Assembly (NCBI GenBank): GCA_964016885.1
Contig: OZ024743.1
Coordinates: 329,096,001 to 329,160,000, forward strand
Source: Eledone cirrhosa
Lineage: Eukaryota
Reading direction: 5' to 3'
DNA: 64,000 nt
Position numbers and translations under genes: made by a program. The notes beneath the pieces were generated by a model. The model saw nothing but the letters and a program-made list of their open reading frames with translations. It had not been told where the DNA came from and searched no databases. This document shows, one piece after another, positions 29,360-39,272 of this stretch. Positions within the stretch are counted from its first letter, which is position 1; the number at the start of each line of letters is the position of its first letter.

Positions 29360-31390
29360 AAATAATGATATTTGTTTATTGAAAAAAAACAACAAAGATT
29401 TAATATAATAGGTCTATTTTGGAACAGGTTTTGAATTGACCAATAGAAAAGTAGTAAGAGGTCAAGTTGATCGAATAGTAGTAGTAGAAATTTAATTTAG
29501 GGGTAGAGGAATGCAGACTTAAGTTTTGAATGGAAAGAATACTTTGAATGAAAAGAATACTTTGGGGATGAAAAGAGGTCAAGCTGGTGAAAGGTACACG
29601 AAAATTTGATGTTATTAAAGAATAATGCTAATGTGAAAACCGAGGGAGAATAAAGTTTTAGGGTAAAGGTGTTAGTGAGAAATACCAATCTTATTTAAAA
29701 CACAAGGAATTTAGATCTATAACAAGAAATTAAATTGATTGATAGGTATACTTATAGGGATACATTTATATTAATTCATATGGATGTGATAAATAAGAAT
29801 TAGATGTTATTAAAGAATGTTGTTAAAAACGAAGGAAAATAAAATTTTTGGAATAAATGTATTAGTGAGAAATACCAATCTTATATATACTACAAGGAAT
29901 CTAGATTCATAACAGGAAATTAAAATAGTTTATATGTATACTTTTAGGTATTAATTTTAGGAAAAGATAGCTGTAAGAGGGAAATATAATTATGAAGTTC
30001 TCTGTAGTAAAGTACTAATTATAGGTTAACTAAATTAAAAAAACTAATTATAATAATATGTAAAATATAAGTGTAAGGTGTATATTAATTAGGTTTATAA
30101 TATTTGAAAGTTTTTCTAATTCTACGATTGCAAGATATAATTAATTCTTGTCGCTTATTTAATAGGATATCCTTAGATTTCATTATTTCAAAAAGTTTCT
30201 GGGAGCATAATATACACTCATATCTGTTATTTTGATAAGGGGTGGCCATTTTGAACACACTCCAGGTCAGGTTGTAATCGATATTCTTTTTTCTATAATT
30301 ATTAATTGTTTCGGCCAAGCATGTTGTATTAGCTAATGCGGCATTTTTAAAACTATGTTTGTGGGTATTAAATCTTACTTCATATTGGTTAGAAGTGGCT
30401 CCTATATATGAATAAGTTGAGTCCTTAGTGATAATTTTACATTTATATACTTTGTTATTAATAAGACAATTTCCCTTTAATGGGCAATTTCTTTTGTTTC
30501 TACAGTTACAACCATTCGTGAATATTATATCAGGGGAGTTAGTCAAATTTGGTGTGGAATTTACTCGACTTGTTATATGTGAAGGAGATGGTGATTTGTT
30601 GCGGTTTATTAGTATTATGGTTGGTTTGATGTGTTGGTGGTATATTCGTGGTTTTTTTACATTTATATGCATTGTACGCACTTATATTTTGTTGTATATT
30701 TTTGGTAGTGGAGTAGGAAAATTTGACAGTTGATCTATTTAAAATTTGATGGTATTTATGGTTTGGCGGGAAGTTTTTCTCTAGGATAGTAAAAGATTTT
30801 TTAGGGATATTATCTTTAATTTGTAGATTAAATGGAGCATTATACCAAGTAACTCGTCTATTACGGTTTCGAAGTTGTTTTTTATATTTATACGATGTAT
30901 CAGGATGTTTACTAAGAGAGTTAGTATTAGTGAATTTATTATATATAGGTTTAGTTAGATTAACTGATTTAGGTGTTTTCGTCTGATTATTAGGAATTTT
31001 GTTAGTAATGTTATTAACGTATATTGGAGTATTAGGATGAATGGTTTTTTGAAAGTTATTATATTGTATGTGAGAAGAGGTAGAGAAATTAAGTTTTAAG
31101 TTGGTATTTTTGGGTGTAGTATGAGTGGTATTTAGGTGTGTTTTTCATTTGGTGCTTGTTGGTAATATTGGGTTGTATGTTTGAAGTATTATTGGTGTAA
31201 GGTATATAGACTAATTTGTTTTTGTGGCCGCTTCTAGCTAAAGCTTCATTATAAAAGGGCGCAATTTTATCGAATACATCCTGGTTAGATGAAAGGTTAG
31301 ACATTCTGAGTGAGATATTATATGCTAGGTTTTTAAGGATAGATCTAGGGTGATTGGATTATGAGTAAGTTTTGGTTAGGTTTATGGTAA
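29360..31390 (-). pseudogene. 5'-truncated Naiad-type Penelope element (RT thumb, linker, GIY-YIG, 3' region)
   Basis: FYNEALARSG, CNCRNKRNCPLKGNC, KVYKC..YIGAT, CILC; coding ends 30085. Confidence 0.85.
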
Positions 31391-31404
31391 GGTTGGTAGA
31401 TACC

Positions 31405-31812
31405 CGTCACAACTCATTTCTACAGCTGAGAGTACCAGACTTCCCCCACTGGACGAATACGCCAGTTAATCGCAGAGTTAAACCCCCAGCTACACCTGGT
31501 ACTCATTTTCAGTTGAATATGCTGGAGCAACGTGAAATAAAATGTCTTGGTCAAGCAACGTGAACTAAAATGTTTTGGTCAAGCAACGTGAACTAAAGTG
31601 TCTTGGTCAAGCAACGTGAACTAAAGTGTCTTGGTCAAGCAACGTGAACTAAAGTGTCTTGGACAAGCAACGTGAACTAAAGTGTCTTGGTCAAGCAACG
31701 TGAACTAAAGTGTCTTGGACAAGCAACGTGAACTAAAGTGTCTTGGTCAAACACACACAGCACCACCCGGTCCAGGAGTCGAACTCACAACCTAACCACT
31801 AAGCCATGCGTC
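31405..31812 (-). mobile_element. Family-B SINE with internal 28-bp segment amplified 8 times (31526-31750)
   Basis: tRNA head (GCATGGCTTAGTGGTTAGG..GAGTTCGACTCC); unit AGCAACGTGAACTAAAGTGTCTTGGTCA. Confidence 0.85.
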
Positions 31813-32014
31813 TAAGAGTAAAACAAAGGTGAAGAAAGCAAATAAAGACAATGGACTGTAGACCTTAGTAGACTATAGTAGACTGTAGACTGTAGTAGAC
31901 AGTCACCATGTTTGGACTCGTAAGACGAGACACAATTAATTAATTAAACAAATAAACCTGATAAATGAGGAGGTGTTTAACTTTTAACTGGTTGGATATA
32001 GGTGGGGGTGATAG

Positions 32015-32527
32015 AGTTGGTTGGGAGTGGTGGTGGTGGAGGATGGTAGTGGTTGGTAGTGATGGTGGTGGTGGTGCTGGTGGTGGTGGTGGTTGGTAGT
32101 GGTTGGTATTGATGGTGGTGGTGGTGGTTGGTAGTGGTGGTGGTGGTGATGATGATGGTGATTGGTGGTGGTGGTGGTAGTGGTTGGTAGTGGCGGTGGT
32201 TGGTAGTGGTGGTGATTGTTTGAGGTGGTGGTTGGTAGTGGTGGTAGTGGTGGTGGTTGGTAGTGGTGGTGGTGATGGTAGTGGTTGGTAGTGGTGGTGG
32301 TTGTTGTGTTGATGGTGTCATGGTTGTAGTTGGTGGTGGTGATGGTTGTGGTGGTGGTGGTGGTGGCGGTGGCGGTGGAGGTAGTGGTTGTGGCTGGTTG
32401 TGGTGGCAGTGGTAGTGGTGTTAACTGGTGATGATGGTGGTGTTGGTATAAGTTGGTCGTGATGATGGTGGTGGTAGTAATTGTGGTGGTAGTGATGATG
32501 GTGGTGTTGGGGGTAGTGATGGTGATT
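32015..32527. repeat. Degenerate (GGT)n low-complexity tract
   Basis: Direct reading. Confidence 0.9.
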
Positions 32528-32659
32528 CTAGACATAAGTAATAATTATATCTCAATTATTCCTCTGTGATTCTTTTATAGCACTTGTGATTCTTTTATAC
32601 ATATAGTTGTATGTATATATGTATGTATTTATCTATCTATCTATCTATCTATCTTTCTA

Positions 32660-32751
<92 letters not shown>

Positions 32752-32753
<2 letters not shown>

Positions 32754-34221
32754 TCAGAAATAGAATGACAGTTCATCGCCAACAATTACGAAATCCATCC
32801 AACCACGAGACAGATACCACTAAGCGCATATCTAGACATTTGTGCAAGTAATAAGACACCCAAATTCCAAGTCTTCCCATTTTACATTTGCGCTGAGAAT
32901 ACAACAGAACAAATACGAATAAATAAGGAAAATATGTTTATTCAAAAATATAGACCACCGTTAAATATGGTTTAATATACATTATGTCAACACCATAACA
33001 TGCTAACCATCCATACAGACACATACAGATACACATAACACCTTCTACTTTAGAAAATAAAAACCCGAACTAAATAAACCTTAACATACGTTTGCGCTGA
33101 CAATACAACAGAATAAATACGAATAAGTAAGGAAAATATGTTCATTCAAAAATATTCCTACTAACGGAATCATTTTCCTACACACACACACACACACACA
33201 CAAAATATATATTCTCTTCATCTTAACATGCTAACCATACTCCCACACACACATACATAACTCCCATATACACACACACACAACTCCCTCCCCCATTTCT
33301 ACCAATAGAATCATCTTCCTATACACACACACACGCACACACACACACACACACGCACACATAGACACACACACACGCACACACACACACACAAACACAC
33401 AAATAAACATACATATGTCTACTTTCTTTATTTCAATAGAAAATCTGAACTCTGACACCCCAGCGAACTAGCCATATTCACTGAACCAGAACAATTCTCC
33501 CATCCCATTTCTCTTGACCTTTCTTTTGCTTGTCATAAAATTCTCTAAAAGGCTACAAAATAAATTCCCAATTAAGGGCGCGATATTTAATGAACTTGTT
33601 CACGTCAGAGTCATAATTTCATTTATAACCAATCAAATTACATAAAAAAAAAAGCCTTCATGAGCCACTTTTTTTATTGTCATAAAATTCTCTAAAAGGC
33701 TACAAAATAAATTCCCAAATACGGGCGCAAAATTTAATGAACTTGTTCACGTGACAACCATAATTTCATTTATAACCAATCAAATTACATTTTTTTAAAA
33801 AGAGCCTTCGTGAGCCGCTTATTTTAAGTAAAAAGAAATTCAAACAACCTGAGCCCCCCACCCTTGTTTGAAGAACTTTGTAACGCGAACTGGCGCGAAA
33901 TTTATTATACTTATTAACCAACCAATCAAATTACTTCTCTAAAAGACCTGGCGTTTCGAGCCACTTTTTTCCATATAAAACAAGAAACATTCAAAGACCA
34001 ACCAGATGTGAGAAAAACCACAGACCCCCCCCCCCCCATCTCAACTCTACTTTTGAAAAGCAGAAGAACTGCGAAACCGGTAAAGGAACCAAATAAATAT
34101 ATATATATTTTTTAAAATAAGACTCCAGTTGCATTTCCGATTTCATCTTTTTTTCTTTATACTTTCACTCTTGTAGGACACCTCAGTTAATTTTCATTTT
34201 GTAAAAAAACCTCACTTTCTA
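32752..34221 (+). mobile_element. Penelope-like 3' fragment: GIY-YIG C-terminus (32752-32975) and probable long 3' region ending in a hammerhead pseudo-LTR
   Basis: RNRMTVHRQQLR...FQVFPFY...RINKENMFIQKYRPPLN; internal duplication 33530-33820; continuity to 34221 is inferred. Confidence 0.65.
34050..34085 (+). ncRNA. Type I hammerhead ribozyme, U3-A8 core variant (best copy)
   Basis: CTT-TTGAAAA-GCAG-aagaa-CTGC-GAA-ACCGGT-A-AAG. Confidence 0.72.
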
Positions 34222-34260
34222 ATATATATATATATATATGTGTTTTTGTATGTATGTATG

Positions 34261-34697
34261 TTTCTCTTTCTCTTAATTTCGAGTACATTTTTGACCGGCC
34301 ACCTTCCTGGTGGCAAAGTTGTAAAAGAAAAGAAATGGTCATGCCTTGAAGCGCAAGAATGTTTGCAAATTTTGAACGTGCCAGATATCGCGCTCATTTA
34401 TAGTCTATGAATTAAGGAGCTGCGTTCTTTGTCCACAAATCCAAGATCAGTTATACTTTGGTAAATGATGAGTATGAAGCTGAAGGTGTATCTTGGATAC
34501 TGGATCTGCAAACTCCTCATCAATTGTCCGTAGATGTCCGCCTTCTCTTGTATTTTTCTTACAACGTTTACATCAAGTGGGCAAGGTTTACATCAACAGA
34601 GCACATTTTCAATGTGTGGTCCCAAACAACATCAGGCTGGTTGTGCTTTAATTTGGTGGAAGTTTCTATTTTCAAGTTCCACCAGTATTCTTTAGTG
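34261..34697 (-). pseudogene. R4-clade-like LINE 3' fragment (restriction-like endonuclease), flanked by (GTAT)n on both sides
   Basis: YWWNLKIETSTKLKHNQPDVVWD; same family as 53821-54350. Confidence 0.8.
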
Positions 34698-34746
34698 TAT
34701 GTATGTATGTATGTATGTATGTATGTATGTATGTATGTATGTATAG

Positions 34747-34861
<115 letters not shown>

Positions 34862-35176
34862 ACACTAGCTGTTTCTGTAGATGAAACTGTGAGTACTTTA
34901 ACGTTTTCTTATGTTAATCTGTCGATACAATGGTTACACTGTTTTCATTGCTTTAGTCTTCTGGCTGGCGATGTTGTATTACAATTACTCCTGTGCATAT
35001 GCTCCAAGTGAATTTGTTGAGCAAATTGCAAATACCCAGACTGAAATCACTGGACATCGATCTAAACCCTTATTATATATATATATATATAGTAATAATA
35101 ATAAATTTGAAGACTAAAATCCAAAGAGGGCTTGATAAGGATAAATATATATCAAATATATAAGAACCGTCTGTTA

Positions 35177-35232
<56 letters not shown>

Positions 35233-35693
35233 CAAGGTTTAGCAAATAAGAAAAAGTTTCAAAATAAATTTCAAAAAATTCACTGTACTCACTATGGTTA
35301 CCTTTACCGAATCGGTTTCGAGTCTCAAAAATAAATGGACAGTCTTTGCGGCCTTCCATTGAAAAGATAAACTCTCGTCAGAAGGTTCTTTTTACTCGGA
35401 GAATATAAAATTCCCGAGTTCAAATTACGAACTGGCGCTATTCAAAATTGTTCCCGAGATGAGAATGAATGATGTGGAAGCAATTCTGTCCAGTGCCGTG
35501 TGTAAAGATAGAAGCAGAGGCAGGGAGGTCAGTCTACTACCACTATAAATAGCAGCAGTCAAAACGAGCAAATTTTATCTCGACCAAGAGGAGAATAATA
35601 ATAATAAAGTATATATCCCTACACGCAAAAAGCGTCCAGGGACACATGTATTGTCCAACCATATGCCAATGTGGTTCAATGGCAGGTTAATAA

Positions 35694-35790
35694 ACTAGAA
35701 CTGTTTCATTCGGGAGAAATCATCTGGAAGCTTTCCGATGAATTCTGCCGAACGAAACAGTTCTAGTCCTTTAGAAGCCATTTGTATATA
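35694..35790. mobile_element. Diverged palindromic double-hammerhead element
   Basis: Arms 35694-35730 and 35731-35767 with the same axis as the copies at 54648 and 60806. Confidence 0.7.
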
Positions 35791-35825
35791 TTATATATAA
35801 AGTATGCACACCTTTTTGGGGACTC

Positions 35826-35870
<45 letters not shown>

Positions 35871-35874
<4 letters not shown>

Positions 35875-36645
35875 TAAAATCACAGATTAAAGTTTAAGCA
35901 AAGAATCGTTGCTTTCACCCTTAACGGGATCTTTTGAAACTAAAAAAATCAATCTGTGAACGCAGAAGTAAATATTTCGAAAAATGTTGCAACCGAAGGA
36001 AGACAGGAAGACGATACTTTGGTTCGTGGAAACGTTCCCTTGCAAAGAACGGGAAAAAACGAACATAATACGTCATTATTTGGGGCGGTGAAAACAATTA
36101 CACGCAAAGACAAAACCACGTTTATGGTATAAATGAAGTCATAGACTAATATTCTATTAGGTGGTTCGTGGAGACGTTTGTGTACGTGCCTGTATTTGCA
36201 TTCCCATGGAGGGTGTTTTCGCGTATGCATGTGTATGTACGTATATGGATGCGTGCATGTATATATTTAAATATTGTTGATTTCAATAACCTCTGTAATT
36301 TATTTACATTACCATAAACGTGGTTTTGTCTTTGCGTGTAATTGTTTTCACGCTACAAATAATGACGTATTATCTTCGTTTTTTTTCGTCTTTGCAAGAG
36401 AACGTTTCCACGAACCAAAGTATCGTCTCCTGTCTTCCTCGGCTGCAACGTTTTCCGAAATCTGCGTTCACAGATTGATTTTTTTAGTTTCAGAAGATCC
36501 CGTTAAGGGTGAAAGCAGCGATTCTTTGCTTAAACTTTAATCTGTTATTTTAATAAATATTTGCGCTAGGGTTCTTAAATATTTGATATATATTTATCCT
36601 TATCGAGCCCTCTTTCGATTTTAGTCTTCAAATTTATTATTATTA
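35871..36645 (+). mobile_element. Penelope pseudo-LTR with ~255-bp diverged inverted arms (35871-36129, 36310-36556)
   Basis: Reverse-complement match; homologous to 61186-61470 downstream of a Naiad ORF. Confidence 0.8.
36486..36536 (+). ncRNA. Type I hammerhead-like fold, U4A core (CAGAAGA)
   Basis: AGTTT-CAGAAGA-T-CCC-gttaa-GGG-T-GAA-AGCA..TGCT-T-AAACT; also at 4243 (+) and 61206-61255 (-). Confidence 0.6.
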
Positions 36646-36656
36646 TTATTATTATT

Positions 36657-36910
36657 TGCATTTATCTTGCTTTATGTTTATACGAGTTATCACCAAGTCA
36701 CAACCAGTGACCTCAAGAGACAACAAGGTCCGCCATGTTCAAGAAAGAACACACATATTCACACATGCATCCTTAGTGTTTAGACTTGTGATGTACTTAT
36801 ATTGACAGGATCTTCCTTAGTATATGGGCAGTTCCCATTCGTACTATCTTTTGTATTTCTCCTATACGCGGGTTTCCTGGGATTTGCGATAAGTAGTCGT
36901 TAGACTACTT
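36657..36910 (-). pseudogene. R4/Dong-like LINE extreme 3' end, flanked by (ATT)7 on both sides
   Basis: Minus strand NDYLSQIPGNPRIGEIQKIVRMGTAHILRKILSI* (stop 36797), typical of R4/Dong C-termini, then 3' UTR. Confidence 0.75.
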
Positions 36911-37144
36911 ATTATTATTATTATTATTATTGAATGCCATGGTTGACGGAGGCTCGGCTCTGTAAGGTATAGTAATTTTTAACCGTTAAAACAATTGTAA
37001 ATTGTTTAAAACTTGAACCAAATTGTTGATAAAGACACCCTCCTCCTCGTGAGAGGGGTCTTTCTGTCCGTTATTTGGCCCTTCGGGGTTAAATAACCAG
37101 TTATTGGGGTTTTGTACCCAAAATTTCATTTTAAACAAAAAAAC

Positions 37145-39238
37145 ATGGCTACCAAAAAGAAATTTCATACGTCACTCCCACTCATTCCGTCTTCTTCTTC
37201 CTCAATCATCACTACAGCAGAGAGAAGATTGTCTCTCTCCCTCCCTTCTTTAAATGTGTCTCTCTCCCTCCCTTCTCTTTCGCAAGCGACGAAAGAAAAG
37301 AAAAGTCTCGTGCAAAGCGTGCAAGGTTTCTCCACGACGACGACGACAGCGACGAAACAGGTGTGCGGGAAATACGAAAACCCAGTTCATTCGTCTGACG
37401 TCAGGAATAATAGCAGTAGCAGCCGTAATAACAACAGCAACAGTGACAATGAAAACAACAGTAGCAGCCGCAACAGCATCACCAGCAGCATAAACAACAA
37501 CAGCATTAGCAGCAGCAACACCAACAACAACCACAGCAACAGCGGCGGAGGCAGTAGTCGTAGTACCTGCAGCAACAAAAGTACCAGCAGCTCTGACGAC
37601 AACAACAACAGCAGAGAAAAACCAATCTCATTTGCAGGTATTGCGAAAAACTTGGAAACAATCCTCATAACAAATGAGGAATTAGAGGAAGCGAAGAAGA
37701 TGGTGACAAAGAACGGACACCGAGCAATCTGCAAGGCAGCGAAAAATTTTTTCGAAACCCAAGAGCACTGTACGGTCACGTACCGTACAGTAAGTACAAA
37801 ATCCCGTAGGGTGGAAAGAGCCACAGAGGCCCAAATACAAAAAGCCTTGGGGTCTGTGTGGCAGAGGAAAACGCACATCACCCGAGGCAAAAAATACGCC
37901 ACCGTAGACGTACTTTTTGCCACACCCCAGGAGGCAAAGGCCCAATCAGTAGTGACCCTAAGGAGCGAGGAAATGGTGTTGGTGCCCTCCTACTGCGGGC
38001 AAAAAATTGTGAGGGTCAAACTGACCCACGTCCCCCCCGGAATGACCCCTTCTTGGCTGGCCGCGTCTGTCCTCGTCGGAATCGAGGACAAAACAACTGT
38101 ACTGCAAGTACAGAAAAAAGTAAGAGAAGATTGGGTCGGCTCCTCCATTGAGATGCTAATCCAAACCAACCAGGAGTGCATCGAAGCTATCCCGGATGTG
38201 ATAGACTTCGATAACGGCACTCAACTGCCCATAAGTGTTGAGGGCAAACGCCCGAAATGCTTTCGCTGTGGATCGAAGACTCACCTCAGGGCCTTCTGCA
38301 ACGAGAAGACCCTGAGAAAGGAGAAAACCCCCCTCCTTCCGAATCCGGCTCCACAGCTACCAGCAACAGGACAAGCGGCAACCAGGAACGATAGGTCCGT
38401 GGCACCCATACCCACTCCACGGAAATCAAAGACAGCAGCAGCAGTGGAAATATTAACAACAACAACAGCAATACCAAATGCAGCTGCAACAGAGACTCCA
38501 GATCAAACATCACCAACAACAACAAGTGAAAGAGTGGAGCTGGTACCCCTCCCCGACCTTACAGAATCAGACATGGAGTGTGAGGTGGGAGAGGGATGGC
38601 AAAAGGTCGCAAGAAGGCACAAACGCAGAAGCAGCGCATCGTCGCCTTTGAAAAGGGAGGAAAGAAATGAGAAAAGGGTAAAGTCTACTGCAAAGAGACC
38701 CACAGCAGCAACACCACCAACACCATCACCACCCACACCAGCACCACCATCACCACCGGCGACAACCCCACCGCCAACAACACCTTCAACACCACCACCA
38801 CAAGCACCAACATCGCAAACACAACAACAAAACACACACACCCAGCAACAACGACAAGAAAATAGCAGAACCACACCCCACCCCCAGAAAAACAAATGCA
38901 CGGCAATAAACACACACAACAAGAAACTAATGACTTACATAATTGAACACACAGACATTTCACAACAGGACTACATAATACCAGCACCAATCAAAACGCC
39001 AACTAACATAAGACTGCTAAAAATAGCACAGAAACAATACACAAACATTAAAACGAAATTCCCCAACGCAGTTGGTGATTTCAGGGACCTAGGAGGAACC
39101 ATCAATCGAAGAGTATATTCAGACATTCTCTTAGAAGAGCCGACGACCAGCCGAAGGGACGATTCAACGGTCCCTTCACCAGACGATCAAGTGAAAAGGG
39201 ATGTAAAAACCATCCCTCCTCTACCAAAAGTACGGTAA
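37145..39238 (+). CDS. Tx1-like ORF1 nucleic-acid-binding protein (697 aa)
   Basis: First ATG in AAACATGG context; CFRCGSKTHLRAFC (CX2CX4HX4C) knuckle; S/N-rich and P/T-rich low-complexity regions. Confidence 0.9.
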   Translation: MATKKKFHTSLPLIPSSSSSIITTAERRLSLSLPSLNVSLSLPSLSQATKEKKSLVQSVQGFSTTTTTATKQVCGKYENPVHSSDVRNNSSSSRNNNSNSDNENNSSSRNSITSSINNNSISSSNTNNNHSNSGGGSSRSTCSNKSTSSSDDNNNSREKPISFAGIAKNLETILITNEELEEAKKMVTKNGHRAICKAAKNFFETQEHCTVTYRTVSTKSRRVERATEAQIQKALGSVWQRKTHITRGKKYATVDVLFATPQEAKAQSVVTLRSEEMVLVPSYCGQKIVRVKLTHVPPGMTPSWLAASVLVGIEDKTTVLQVQKKVREDWVGSSIEMLIQTNQECIEAIPDVIDFDNGTQLPISVEGKRPKCFRCGSKTHLRAFCNEKTLRKEKTPLLPNPAPQLPATGQAATRNDRSVAPIPTPRKSKTAAAVEILTTTTAIPNAAATETPDQTSPTTTSERVELVPLPDLTESDMECEVGEGWQKVARRHKRRSSASSPLKREERNEKRVKSTAKRPTAATPPTPSPPTPAPPSPPATTPPPTTPSTPPPQAPTSQTQQQNTHTQQQRQENSRTTPHPQKNKCTAINTHNKKLMTYIIEHTDISQQDYIIPAPIKTPTNIRLLKIAQKQYTNIKTKFPNAVGDFRDLGGTINRRVYSDILLEEPTTSRRDDSTVPSPDDQVKRDVKTIPPLPKVR

Positions 39239-39272
39239 GTGGTCTTTCCCATCTTTTCCACTCTATTTAAAC

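Noticed and set aside
31977-32535. Thr/His/Pro-rich ORFs
   Set aside because: Translation of a (GGT)n low-complexity tract.
37032-37063. HDV-like ribozyme suggested by TCCTCGT in the Tx1 5' UTR
   Set aside because: P3, P1 and P1.1 could not be built; a simple hairpin fits better.
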